Virus record (IMG/VR): IMGVR_UViG_3300028536_000014
Location: 62,001-126,000 of that record
Length of the DNA stretch: 64,000 nucleotides
Reading direction: 5' to 3' (one strand)
The notes under the pieces are model-generated. The model saw only the letters and a program-made list of their open reading frames with translations. It had not been told where the DNA came from and did not search any database. A program made the translations under genes and the position numbers. Positions 54,368 to 64,000 of this stretch are shown here, one piece after another (within the stretch, counting starts at the first letter, position 1; each line of letters opens with the position of its first letter).

Positions 54368-56230
54368 TTACCAACGAGCCTGGAAATAAGCTGATGCCGC
54401 AGCCGGTGTTGAACCATAACCACCCTGACGCATGTAGCTCTGACCAGTACCCAGCAATGCCTGCTGAGCATAAGTTGCCACACCACGTGCGTTGTAGAAG
54501 TCGTTGCCAGACATCGGTGTCCGGATATTGACCTGTAGGTTCTGAGTAGCGATAGCCGCGTCAAGCGCCGATAAGAAAGCACCAGTAAAAGTCACACGCT
54601 GATAGTAGCCCGTAAACTTCGCGGTATCGTTAGAAAGTTGCATAAGCATCTTCCGACGCGCTTCCAGTCGCAGATTCTCCGGATATTCCAAACGCAGGAA
54701 GGTATCAGACCATTCACGAATCATGGCCGGATTGCGTTGTCCGACGATATTCGCTACAGCAGCGTAGTCGAAATCACGCAGGTCACGCTTGTTGCCCTGG
54801 TTGTCTACCCAAGTACCAGCATGGATACGTTCCGATTGTGTTGCGAACAACGGAGTACCCATTTGGAAATGCTTGGCGTACTCACCATTGGTCAGTTCAT
54901 TGGCAGACTGGATGATGCGCTTGTAAGCACCATCGACGCCACGGGCCGCAGCCATGAAGACACTGAGATAATGGGTCTGCGGACCATACTCTGGAATATC
55001 CATCGAAATCATGAGATCGCTATTGAACAGAGCGGCAATATACATGCCGAGCTGTTCTGATTTGAAATCGTCAGACTTGGTGTCGATTGGCAAACCAAAC
55101 CCGCTTGTGTTGGTTGCCAGAATACCGCTAGGTTGCGGTACTGGCAAATTGCCTTCGTAGTTGTAGGCGCCAGGATCTGTGATGTCAAGCTCCTTCTTGG
55201 AGACAGCCATCGGACGAAACGCTTGGATCCAGTTTGACGATGGACGTAGTGCCAGTGCCGTCGAGAGTGCCAGCAGAACCGATGCTGTTGTTTGAGCAAC
55301 GTTGGCGGTAATGTCGGTGATCACTTGACGAGCGACAAATTTCCGAGTTTGAGCCATCTGCTGAGGCGCAAATGCCTGACCAAGTCCGCCGTTCGGATCT
55401 TGTGCAGGAAACCAGACCGCATCCACGAAACTGGAAAGAGTGGAGAAGTTCGCATTACGATCGCCAGTGTTCATCTGACGACTATCGCGATCTACGACCT
55501 TACGATCGGAGAAATTGATAAGCACGTCACTACGATAGACATTGCCAGCTGCATCTTCGAGTGTCTGACGAGCAAATGTCACATCGACCTGAGCCTGACC
55601 ACGCTTGTTCAGATTGGCGAGGTTGAGATCTTTGAAACCAGGTGTCCGAGAATTGAGTTCGGTAACACCAGCCATTGCAGCAGTCAGAGCCAGACGATGA
55701 ACCTGGGTCTTGTTAACTGGATTGAAGTTGCTATTGACGACTGTGCCGTCAACGAAGAGCACCTTGTTTGTGTTGTAAGCGGTCTCGATAATCCGCCGAG
55801 CTTTGCGAACCAGAATGTCGTTGATCGCATCGGACGGAACGCGATAGATCATTACGGTACGATCGTAGATCTGGTCCGAATACGGTTGGATTTCTTCACC
55901 GGTTTCGGCGAGAAGGATGATGTAAACAGCGACACCCAGTTCCGGCATGTTCTGCAATCGCGTGGCCACGAGAATGCAAGAGAAGTCGAGCGCTGGATCG
56001 GTTGCCCGACTCAATTCGACCACACCGATATCGACACTGCGGTCAGCGAGCTTGTAAATCTCGATCAGAGCCGTCTTGACACTATTGTAATACTCCGAAC
56101 CCATTCCACGCGGAATCGGGGCATTGAAGAGACCACCGTCATGCATGTTCCAACCGTTCTGACCTGCGGATGCGGCTGCTGCACGCGGATCACCATTGCT
56201 TGCACCACTACCTTCGTTAACAATACTCAC
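54368..56230 (-). CDS. chmA: Chimallin, phage nuclear shell protein
   Basis: 620 aa; GN..RSD, VITD, IDTKSDDF..EQLG, GTW.D..G.KRDLRDFD, TG..QRVTF...F..ALD resemble recalled 201phi2-1 gp105; sits upstream of the gp55-like RNAP subunit as in phiKZ. Confidence 0.88.
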   Translation of the reverse strand: MSIVNEGSGASNGDPRAAAASAGQNGWNMHDGGLFNAPIPRGMGSEYYNSVKTALIEIYKLADRSVDIGVVELSRATDPALDFSCILVATRLQNMPELGVAVYIILLAETGEEIQPYSDQIYDRTVMIYRVPSDAINDILVRKARRIIETAYNTNKVLFVDGTVVNSNFNPVNKTQVHRLALTAAMAGVTELNSRTPGFKDLNLANLNKRGQAQVDVTFARQTLEDAAGNVYRSDVLINFSDRKVVDRDSRQMNTGDRNANFSTLSSFVDAVWFPAQDPNGGLGQAFAPQQMAQTRKFVARQVITDITANVAQTTASVLLALSTALALRPSSNWIQAFRPMAVSKKELDITDPGAYNYEGNLPVPQPSGILATNTSGFGLPIDTKSDDFKSEQLGMYIAALFNSDLMISMDIPEYGPQTHYLSVFMAAARGVDGAYKRIIQSANELTNGEYAKHFQMGTPLFATQSERIHAGTWVDNQGNKRDLRDFDYAAVANIVGQRNPAMIREWSDTFLRLEYPENLRLEARRKMLMQLSNDTAKFTGYYQRVTFTGAFLSALDAAIATQNLQVNIRTPMSGNDFYNARGVATYAQQALLGTGQSYMRQGGYGSTPAAASAYFQARW

Positions 56231-56297
56231 ATAAACTCCTTGGTTTTTTTAAAACGTTTTAAATCAGCGCTGATGAGAACAAATGGAGAGTAAGTCC

Positions 56298-56318
56298 TCA
56301 CATAGAGTATATCTACTC
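56298..56318 (-). promoter_or_regulatory. Putative promoter upstream of chimallin
   Basis: tcacatagagtatatctactc, about 70 nt before the ATG. Confidence 0.6.
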
Positions 56319-56597
56319 AAAGATTTTTAGAAAAGGCTCTCCACACTCTGTTAAGGTATTCCGATACTTCCTCTTCTTGAAAAACATCTGGGGTACAGTT
56401 CCTGAACTCCTCCCTCAGCTTACACTGAAGAAGAAGTACTGGTTCAGATAATTGATATATGCAAAGAATTTTTTCATACAAACATTTTCTTATATCCTAT
56501 CAGGTCAGTCTGATGTTATGAAGATGTTTCTCCGTTATACTAATAAGGAGGGTTCGATGTTTGTATTTCGCAAACCCTTCAACAAGGGTCGCCTCTA

Positions 56598-57722
56598 ATG
56601 TTCCAACTCTTTCAACCAAGAACCCGATTCATCAAAGGTATTGTTCGACCTAGTCAGTCTGATTATATTAAACAGACTTATTTATATCGATTATCTAAAC
56701 TTCGTCATTACTATCAAGAACGAACGTTCTATTTAAAGAACGATCATATCTTGGTTAGATTACTGAATATAGGATTAGGCTCACTACGCACTAGTTATGA
56801 GACTTTTGTCTGGACATCAATGGATCGAACAGATGCTTTGATTCGTCATTTCCAATTTACAGGCTCTGCCAGTTATGGTAAAATCTGGTATGGAACTTTT
56901 TATGGAGAAGGAAGTTACGAAATTATCATTGGTGATGATGCTGAATTTGATATCAGAGATATTATTCAAAATTGGAAAACAGCAACACCTGTTAAAGTTT
57001 TAACACATCCCATCAGTGATTTCGGTTTAACAATACCAAATGGTAAAACAAATCATTACATAGATGGATTATCCGTTATCTACATTAACATTCCTATGTT
57101 AATGTTACAATATCGAATGTTTATCGAAGAACAATTAAAGAAACAGAAAGATGGAGAAGGAGATGGAATTATCTCTCCTAAACTTTTTCTATATCGATAT
57201 GTATTACCAGGAATGATGGTTTCTCATCTTGATCACGTCTTTGTAAACCGCATTATCAATCTGGAAGAAGGTGTTCCGATGTCAGAATCATTGACGAGGT
57301 CTCCTTTCTTTCAGGCAGAAGCAGGTAATGAAGAAGGTTCTGGAATTATTAATAGTGTTAATCGTGCTCAAGAAGCTGTTCTAGTGAAGTTGACACAAAG
57401 TCAAGTGAACTACGATCAGATGTTAGCAAACATCTTTGTTGTAACTGAAGAAGATGCTTTAAATCTTTTATCAATGCCAGCTATTGCACCTACTCGACAA
57501 GTTTGGTGGGCATTTCTGATGGCGCGATTAAAACATATGAAATTCTTATTGAAGATCGGAAGTGGTAATATCGCAGGTCAAAATCGACTTTACCAGAATC
57601 GAATCATTATCGATCTATCACGGTTACTCGATAGTCATGTTCTTGAACGAATGTTAACTGCTGAGTTACTGGAAATTGCGATTGAAGATATCAATGAAAC
57701 ATTAGCTCTGGCTCGATCATGA
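56598..57722 (+). CDS. Conserved phiKZ-like core protein, probably virion structural
   Basis: 374 aa, divergently transcribed from chimallin, as recalled for the phiKZ-like core block. Confidence 0.6.
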   Translation: MFQLFQPRTRFIKGIVRPSQSDYIKQTYLYRLSKLRHYYQERTFYLKNDHILVRLLNIGLGSLRTSYETFVWTSMDRTDALIRHFQFTGSASYGKIWYGTFYGEGSYEIIIGDDAEFDIRDIIQNWKTATPVKVLTHPISDFGLTIPNGKTNHYIDGLSVIYINIPMLMLQYRMFIEEQLKKQKDGEGDGIISPKLFLYRYVLPGMMVSHLDHVFVNRIINLEEGVPMSESLTRSPFFQAEAGNEEGSGIINSVNRAQEAVLVKLTQSQVNYDQMLANIFVVTEEDALNLLSMPAIAPTRQVWWAFLMARLKHMKFLLKIGSGNIAGQNRLYQNRIIIDLSRLLDSHVLERMLTAELLEIAIEDINETLALARS

Positions 57723-57732
57723 GGATTACAAG

Positions 57733-58560
57733 ATGATGAACCCTGTATCGAACGCGATTCGTGAGATCGAGAATGTGATACCTTCTCAGATCCTCACAGC
57801 AGTTTTTGGACATGAAGATTATAGAAACTGGCGTCGGCAAGCACCAGCTTCGATCGATGAGATGATTCGCAGTAAAGTTATTCGACCACGAGTTCTGAAA
57901 GATTGTAACCTCGTAGGTGGGAGACTTGTTTATGTCTCAACAGAAGGTCTAGAAGGTTATTCCGAAGATCCATTCTCTGTCATGTACACTATTCCACCTC
58001 AAAAAACAGGAAATAGAGAAATTATTTCTGTGATGGGAGTGAATTATCTTCCTCATAGTTCGGCTATGGGAACAATGGGAACTCCTTACGGTTCAGTAAA
58101 TCCAGTTACGCAATCTGATGTAGAAACTGTAGGACAGCGTGTAATGGACAGTTATGCTAACGTTCCACATATCTCGTCTGCACACGCAGAGTTGGTTGGT
58201 TACAATACTGTTATTATTCGAGACCAGATGCGCTCTACGGTTATTTATGAACTGAGATGTGTTTTAGCGAATGAAGAAAATCTTTCGAATATTTCACCTA
58301 GAAGCTATCCTATTCTAGCTAAAGCATGTATCTTGGCTGTTAAGTCCTATATCTATAACAATCTGATTATTAGGATCGATCAAGGTGTTCTTGAGCAAGG
58401 ACAAGCGTTGGGTGAATTCAAAACTATCGTCGATAAATACGACGATGCTGAAGAGCAATATCAAAATTATCTTGAGACAAAAGTCAAGAAAACGTTATTT
58501 ATGAATGATATCGAATCTTACGATCGATTCATCAACATTCAGATTAATCCTGGCTTGTAA
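57733..58560 (+). CDS. Conserved phiKZ-like core protein, probably virion structural
   Basis: 275 aa; IPSQIL..VF...I...VIRPRVL.DCN..GG, IYN.LII.ID.G.L..GQ.LG.FK.IVD.Y.DA. Confidence 0.6.
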   Translation: MMNPVSNAIREIENVIPSQILTAVFGHEDYRNWRRQAPASIDEMIRSKVIRPRVLKDCNLVGGRLVYVSTEGLEGYSEDPFSVMYTIPPQKTGNREIISVMGVNYLPHSSAMGTMGTPYGSVNPVTQSDVETVGQRVMDSYANVPHISSAHAELVGYNTVIIRDQMRSTVIYELRCVLANEENLSNISPRSYPILAKACILAVKSYIYNNLIIRIDQGVLEQGQALGEFKTIVDKYDDAEEQYQNYLETKVKKTLFMNDIESYDRFINIQINPGL

Positions 58561-58581
58561 AACCAAAAAGAAATAAATATA

Positions 58582-58614
58582 AGACTCCACAGTCCAATGC
58601 GGACTGTGGAGTCT
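58582..58614. terminator. Bidirectional terminator between convergent genes
   Basis: 14-bp stem flanked by A- and T-rich tracts. Confidence 0.7.
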
Positions 58615-58622
58615 ATTTTGTT

Positions 58623-59015
58623 TTAATCAACAAATGTGAAGTTAACACCCAAATGAGCCAGTGCCGTTTGAATATTAGTACGATCAGTCGAAGTCGCATT
58701 CACGATATTGATTGTGAAATTCTGATTAGTTACAACAACCAGGGATGAACCATCAATCCATGGTTCAGCAATAAAAATCTTTTGACCCGATTCAGAAGTG
58801 AAACGGTAGAAAAGAACTCCTGTAGGAGATTGTGGACTTCCTGACGGAAGTGCTGGATAAATCTGCTCATACAACACTGCGACATTTTCGAACTTAGTAG
58901 CTGTTTCGAAATCAAGGACCGCATTGAGAACAGCATTTTTGATTACAGCACCTAAAAGCGCTGGAGCCAAAGTATTAAAAGTATACGTGCTATTGATCTG
59001 AAGATTCAGGCTCAT
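58623..59015 (-). CDS. Conserved phiKZ-like hypothetical protein
   Basis: YTFNTLAP.LLG...N.....LD...A....PWI...S. Confidence 0.55.
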   Translation of the reverse strand: MSLNLQINSTYTFNTLAPALLGAVIKNAVLNAVLDFETATKFENVAVLYEQIYPALPSGSPQSPTGVLFYRFTSESGQKIFIAEPWIDGSSLVVVTNQNFTINIVNATSTDRTNIQTALAHLGVNFTFVD

Positions 59016-59055
59016 ATTGGCTCTCAGAGGAATGGAGATGTATCATTCAATACCA

Positions 59056-59472
59056 CTATACTTTAGGAAAAGGTATCGGCATTTTACGATCATATTTAAA
59101 AATGTACTGATTATTAATTTTGTATTTGTTTAAAATTGATGAAGACAATACTTTATCATCAAAATGTGATAACCCAAAATCGATACCAAAAAGAATTTCT
59201 TCATTATCTAGTTCTTTATGATATTCGTTTGCGTAAGAATTTAAAACAATGTTTTCAAATGAACATTCTTTAACTGCTCTTTGTATATTCTCAACATATG
59301 GTTTGTCTTCATTATAATCTGTTACGTTTACGGATGTGTAAACATATATAGGTTTTATATTATCATCGAATAACGAAACAATATCGAATAATAATGGTTT
59401 TTCACAAAGAATTAACCAATCCATGTTTCTCTTAGAGGTATTGATTAACATTGAGTCATAAACCTTTTTCAT
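59056..59472 (-). CDS. AT-rich hypothetical, paralogue of 59469-59843
   Basis: MKKV....LI....KPIY...S...T..N..K. Confidence 0.5.
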   Translation of the reverse strand: MKKVYDSMLINTSKRNMDWLILCEKPLLFDIVSLFDDNIKPIYVYTSVNVTDYNEDKPYVENIQRAVKECSFENIVLNSYANEYHKELDNEEILFGIDFGLSHFDDKVLSSSILNKYKINNQYIFKYDRKMPIPFPKV

Positions 59473-59843
59473 GTTTTAACCATTGGAAGTGGAGAATCTG
59501 AAAAATGATGAAGTTGTTCTTGTTTGAACAGTTTATATTTATCAACAATAATTAAAGTATGATATTTGTCGTCATATCGTTCAAGACCGTTATCGACGTA
59601 TTGTTCTTCGATAAACTCAATGTCTCTTGAAGCTTCATAAGGTTTGAAATAACTTTGAACACAATCTGATTCTTTATATCTATTATGCTCAGTTATATCA
59701 ATAGAATCAAAGGTATAAATTGGTTTAAAGTAATCAAAGTAAACACTGATGTTGATAAGAACCATAGGTCTATCTAGAATACTTTTTGTAAACCCACGAT
59801 TCTTATCTCGATGAATTAATTTTGTTTCAATAACTTTTTTCAT
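59469..59843 (-). CDS. AT-rich hypothetical, paralogue of 59056-59472
   Basis: Same pattern. Confidence 0.5.
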   Translation of the reverse strand: MKKVIETKLIHRDKNRGFTKSILDRPMVLINISVYFDYFKPIYTFDSIDITEHNRYKESDCVQSYFKPYEASRDIEFIEEQYVDNGLERYDDKYHTLIIVDKYKLFKQEQLHHFSDSPLPMVKT

Positions 59844-59862
59844 TTATATTTTAACACACTTA

Positions 59863-60159
59863 TTACAAATGACTTTGAAGGAATAAAATACATTTATAAG
59901 GAATAACATAAACGCTATTTTTATCCTCATTTAGAAAATAATAGAGTAATAATTCGTTATTTTCTAAATTAATAGGAATGGGATAACTTGTCTTTTTACT
60001 TAAAGATACAATCGATAATACTATGTTTTTAGGTATACAAACAGAAATATGAATATATTTATTTCTCATAATCTGATTATTTACTATCTTTGTATCGAAC
60101 GTATCTTCATCCAAATTACTGAACTTATATCTATTTATAGTGTCTGTAATCTTTTTCAT
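59863..60159 (-). CDS. AT-rich hypothetical protein
   Basis: 98-aa ORF. Confidence 0.4.
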   Translation of the reverse strand: MKKITDTINRYKFSNLDEDTFDTKIVNNQIMRNKYIHISVCIPKNIVLSIVSLSKKTSYPIPINLENNELLLYYFLNEDKNSVYVIPYKCILFLQSHL

Positions 60160-60162
60160 TTG

Positions 60163-60624
60163 TTATAAATTTCCTGCATCACGATAACATGATTGTTTAA
60201 ACATTTTACACTTATCTTTAATTATACCTGATTTGGTTTTATCCATTGTAAGAATATAACCAATTGGATAACGAAAACAATCATCTACAAAATTAGTCTT
60301 CTCAGAAGCAGGAAAAATAAGGTAATTAAAAACACCTGTTATTATTCCATCAAGTTCTGTTTTGAGTTCTTCTTGATCTTGTTCAAACATCTTTTCAGAC
60401 TGGAAATGAGTTGTATCTTCTATCCACTCTCTTTTAGAATACAGTTTATCTCGTTGATGTAGATTCTTATTTTTATATACTTTTCTATCTGCATGAGCAT
60501 GTTTATATTGATTATTAGTGAAACTAACTATTTTCATAATCTTCCTAAAAGATATTTTCTTGATTATTAATGGTACACTCACGGTGTACCATAGCCGGTG
60601 TTTCCATTTTCGTGATTTGACCAA
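60163..60624 (-). CDS. AT-rich hypothetical protein (true start probably MKIVSF)
   Basis: ORF. Confidence 0.45.
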   Translation of the reverse strand: MVKSRKWKHRLWYTVSVPLIIKKISFRKIMKIVSFTNNQYKHAHADRKVYKNKNLHQRDKLYSKREWIEDTTHFQSEKMFEQDQEELKTELDGIITGVFNYLIFPASEKTNFVDDCFRYPIGYILTMDKTKSGIIKDKCKMFKQSCYRDAGNL

Positions 60625-60889
60625 AGCACATATTCTTTTTCACCAACATCTTTTCCACCAACATATAGTTGGATTCTTTATTTTCATAAGCTAAAATAAA
60701 GATACCCCCCAAGATTAACTTATTTAATCCGTATGAATGATGTTTTTTGTTTTTTAAGTTCTATGTCAAATTGACAGGATTGTTTGTGTTCAATATTATC
60801 AGTTAAAACATGATGATAATTATTATCGTCAAACTTATAATTATCATAACGAATATCTTTATAAATCGAAATAGTGTTATGGACTTGTT

Positions 60890-61252
60890 TTAACATAAAT
60901 CAGTGCTCTGAATAAATAGTTCTGATTTATTTTTAATAACACCACTATTAAACTTATCCACAGATGGATAACAAGCAAACATGCGTCCAGAATCATTATG
61001 ATGCATAAAGTATTCAACATCACTCCACTCATGGATATTGATGTAATCTTCTACTATTGTTATTTTATCTTCATCAACCACTGATTCTAATGTTATAACA
61101 TATTTATCGTCAGGAGTATTGATGCAGTTGAATTTATTATCATCATAATGTTCAAGACCTATCGGAATAAAAAGAGGTTTTTCTTGTTGATGGAAAAATT
61201 GATCGATGTCCTTATTGTGTTTATAAGTTAAATGAATAGATGAAATTTCCAT
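60890..61252 (-). CDS. Hypothetical protein
   Basis: 120-aa ORF preceded by AGGAG. Confidence 0.5.
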   Translation of the reverse strand: MEISSIHLTYKHNKDIDQFFHQQEKPLFIPIGLEHYDDNKFNCINTPDDKYVITLESVVDEDKITIVEDYINIHEWSDVEYFMHHNDSGRMFACYPSVDKFNSGVIKNKSELFIQSTDLC

Positions 61253-61317
61253 AAAACTCCTACATCACAAGAGACAAGTCTAGACTTGTCTCTTGTGATG
61301 TGTTGTTAGATATCGAA

Positions 61318-61782
61318 TTAATCTCCATTGGTATATGAAGATAGTTTTCTTGCTTGACTTACAACAACATAATCAATACCTAATTGAATTGGAATATAAC
61401 AAACATCATTCGGTATTTCCTGAAATTGAAACTTCAAATGAAGATAAATCTTAAGACCGTACTCTTGACAAACGATGGCTACTTCATCGTAAGATTCATG
61501 TTCAATGAAAGACCAAACATCTGTCAAACTGTCTGATCGTGGAAAGTATTTCAACCTTTCCACAACTTCACTAGGATGCAGATGTAAAATTCTAATAAGA
61601 TCATTGATTGTAGTTTCATAAATCAATTTAACAGCCCAGGTGAATTCTTGATGATAGTTTTGAACACCTGCAACGATCTCATTAAGTTTTTGATAAAAAT
61701 CATGCCCACAACGTCCAAGATCAAGGATAACGTTATCCCCTAATTCATAATAGGGTACGTTATTCCGCATTAATGTTTCCAT
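61318..61782 (-). CDS. phiKZ-like hypothetical, paralogue of the upstream gene
   Basis: ILDLG...FY...DLIR.L.L.P.E..E.L...G.DYVVV. Confidence 0.55.
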   Translation of the reverse strand: METLMRNNVPYYELGDNVILDLGRCGHDFYQKLNEIVAGVQNYHQEFTWAVKLIYETTINDLIRILHLHPSEVVERLKYFPRSDSLTDVWSFIEHESYDEVAIVCQEYGLKIYLHLKFQFQEIPNDVCYIPIQLGIDYVVVSQARKLSSYTNGD

Positions 61783-62435
61783 AATGAATTACGGATTTTG
61801 TTATGATGAGTTGCAGTCATAGGAACATAACTCATCATAATCTCTCTTACCACTACATAATCCATTCCAATGTTCTGTGAGGTATATTGAACATTCATTT
61901 TAATCTCTAATTGTGACCGCATCTTGATGTAAAGATTTAATAAACTCTCTTTACATATTTCTGAAAACAGATCTTGTTCGTGACAAAGAATACATTTAAG
62001 GAATTGAGGAATATAGTCTGTTGTATTATCTTTACTTAAATGTTCTATTGCCTCAGCTGGAGGAAGATTAAGCATTCTGATAAGATCGCTCATAACAACA
62101 CGATATACAATGTCAGCAACTGAATCAAAATTGACTTTTTCATCAGTAATCTTACGAACATAGTCACCAATGCTATCGTAAAATCGAATAGATTCAACTC
62201 CCAAGTCAAGGACAATTATTAATCCACCTTCTTGAAGTTCCATTTTAATTATCTCCCAAAATAAAGGTTTTACCCATTGGAAGAATGTCTTTTTCAAGAC
62301 ATAGACAAATTGAAATAGGATCAACCCATTTATAGAAAACATAATGACCAGAGCAAAAATAGTCTGGTGACTTACGTGCGATCTCGAGTTCCAATTCTTG
62401 TGTGAGACCTTCAAAGAAGATGAAAAGGCTATCAA
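61770..62435 (-). CDS. phiKZ-like hypothetical (true start probably MELQEGG near 62243)
   Basis: Same pattern as 61318-61782. Confidence 0.55.
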   Translation of the reverse strand: MIAFSSSLKVSHKNWNSRSHVSHQTIFALVIMFSINGLILFQFVYVLKKTFFQWVKPLFWEIIKMELQEGGLIIVLDLGVESIRFYDSIGDYVRKITDEKVNFDSVADIVYRVVMSDLIRMLNLPPAEAIEHLSKDNTTDYIPQFLKCILCHEQDLFSEICKESLLNLYIKMRSQLEIKMNVQYTSQNIGMDYVVVREIMMSYVPMTATHHNKIRNSLWKH

Positions 62436-62763
62436 TATCGATTTTTTCCATCATCGATCCCATTCGCTCTTCGACATAAAACAATAAGCGATCAGTAAGT
62501 CCTGGAATTTCTGCATTCTTAATACTGACTGATAACAACATTTCTATCATGTCGTGTAACGGAAACACCTGATAAAGTCTTACCATGTTATTGAAACGCA
62601 TATATCGACCTATCGTACTCGATACATCCGTAATCATAAATGGTTGAATAATCGATGGTGTATCTGGAAATGGTGGGGTACTATAATCTATATACTCAAT
62701 GAAATTGGTTCGTTCAGTTGGAGGGTATAGATGCTTATAGATTGCAGAACGTTCTTGTACCAT
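62245..62763 (-). CDS. phiKZ-like hypothetical protein
   Basis: 172-aa ORF. Confidence 0.55.
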   Translation of the reverse strand: MVQERSAIYKHLYPPTERTNFIEYIDYSTPPFPDTPSIIQPFMITDVSSTIGRYMRFNNMVRLYQVFPLHDMIEMLLSVSIKNAEIPGLTDRLLFYVEERMGSMMEKIDIDSLFIFFEGLTQELELEIARKSPDYFCSGHYVFYKWVDPISICLCLEKDILPMGKTFILGDN

Positions 62764-62772
62764 AATGGCTCA

Positions 62773-63501
62773 TCAGCGTTTTAATTCAATAGGAATGAAA
62801 CTTTCCGAGATACCTCCAAGGTCATGATCATAACCATCTGAATTCTTGATCTGACTCATATGCCAATCTACGATTCTGAAATCAAGACCTTTTTCAATTA
62901 TAAGTGTAGTTCCCAGTACCCTATAAAAATATAAGTTCCAGGAATCACGTCCTACGAAATCTCTAACTTCAAGGAAGAGTTCATCAAACGCTATTTCATA
63001 ACTCTCTTGATCGAGTAAGTAATGAGATTCTTCTTTAACCAATAAAGGAAGTTGATAGTTATAAGCAGCAACGTTTGTGTGTGGTGATAGTGTATTCAGA
63101 TACCCTACAACTGTTGCGATTGCAACTTCACACCCCTTAACTGGAATGTTTGGATTCGTAATGAAATATGGTTTAACCCGTTCATATTGAGAACGTCTTA
63201 ATCTAAATTTCATCTTCTCATGAAAGAAATCACCACCAGGAAGACGTTTGTCATTAATGAAATCTTTCATAATGTCATCAAATGTAATTTGAATAACACC
63301 TCTCTTTTGAATAAGTGTGTAAACCTCACCCTTTTCAAAAATCGGTTGAATTGAACCTGGCATATAAAGACCTGGTCGAGGATCATTTAAGGCGGCTAAT
63401 AAATTTGGAGCAATACCAACAGCATGAGGAATGAGATCGATAATCTTACATTCCACAATCTCATTATAAAGATCCATAATGCTGGTATATATTTTACTCA
63501 T
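62773..63501 (-). CDS. phiKZ-like conserved hypothetical protein
   Basis: 242 aa; F...L..EV..FVGRD.W..Y......T.LIIEK..DFRI.DW. Confidence 0.55.
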   Translation of the reverse strand: MSKIYTSIMDLYNEIVECKIIDLIPHAVGIAPNLLAALNDPRPGLYMPGSIQPIFEKGEVYTLIQKRGVIQITFDDIMKDFINDKRLPGGDFFHEKMKFRLRRSQYERVKPYFITNPNIPVKGCEVAIATVVGYLNTLSPHTNVAAYNYQLPLLVKEESHYLLDQESYEIAFDELFLEVRDFVGRDSWNLYFYRVLGTTLIIEKGLDFRIVDWHMSQIKNSDGYDHDLGGISESFIPIELKR

Positions 63502-63938
63502 TTCTCATGATCCTGCTTTTGAATAACATCTGGACTGAAAACTAACGTTTCTCTCAAATTTCCATCACTGTCTATAAATGGTAAATCCAAATCAGACGAT
63601 GTAGTTTTTACTATCATTTTAAATCCCGGTTCATTTAAATTACCTATGAAGGAGATTTCATCTACTGGAGGTGGAGAAGTTAGTTTGGATATTGCATCAG
63701 TTGTTAAGGCATTATTTTCTTCTTCGAGAGTTTCTATCCATGAATGGATATCTTTCATTGCAAATGTTTGTATTTCGTATTTAGCTATATCGAAAGCAAC
63801 AAGAAACCATTGCGGTTTAGTATGATATTCCGTTGTTCCGTGGAAAATACTCATCGGTATAACAGAGCGTTTATGTCTTTCACTTTTATAGTCAGTATAG
63901 TCGATGACTATTTTTTTAATTACGTCTGTATTACTCAT
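63498..63938 (-). CDS. WYL-domain-like protein
   Basis: IDYTDYKSE...R.V.P..I..G.TEYH..PQW.L.AFD..K....TFAMKDI. Confidence 0.7.
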   Translation of the reverse strand: MSNTDVIKKIVIDYTDYKSERHKRSVIPMSIFHGTTEYHTKPQWFLVAFDIAKYEIQTFAMKDIHSWIETLEEENNALTTDAISKLTSPPPVDEISFIGNLNEPGFKMIVKTTSSDLDLPFIDSDGNLRETLVFSPDVIQKQDHEK

Positions 63939-64000
63939 ATAGCTCCTTAAAATTCGAACAACATTCCAACAACAAGAATATTTCCAACCGTCATCATCTT

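Noticed and set aside
55292-56293. 333-aa plus-strand ORF
   Set aside because: Antisense shadow of chimallin caused by its codon bias; no motifs
1-64000. CRISPR array
   Set aside because: No regularly spaced direct repeats seen; the repeats in the fibre genes are protein-coding

Overview
This 64 kb window comes from a nucleus-forming jumbo phage (phiKZ-like, Chimalliviridae). Almost all genes lie on the minus strand. The diagnostic core is a chimallin (ChmA) homologue at 54368-56230 and the catalytic beta-prime-like subunit of the non-virion RNA polymerase, whose NADFDGD motif is split by a 340-nt group I intron (50493-50832). Other proteins include an SF2 helicase, NDK, an AAA+ ATPase, tail-fibre-like proteins (one SGNH, one Hint-tipped), a solo TnpB, an HNH endonuclease and many small accessory ORFs. 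The ORF-poor stretches are the most unusual part. (i) A tRNA cluster (8.9-15.8 kb) holds a ~1.85 kb structured RNA that starts at a hammerhead ribozyme and carries a covarying copy of the 23S rRNA L1 stalk (H76-H78) plus a degenerate H83-H88-like module, with no peptidyl-transferase centre. (ii) Two paralogous ORF-less group I introns are present, one in a decayed tRNA-Leu(UAA) and one in an unidentified ~0.9 kb structured RNA at 36.1-37.8 kb. (iii) There are several non-canonical tRNA-like genes and a further ~0.8 kb candidate ncRNA. All homology calls are from motif recognition and recalled reference sequences; no database search was run.
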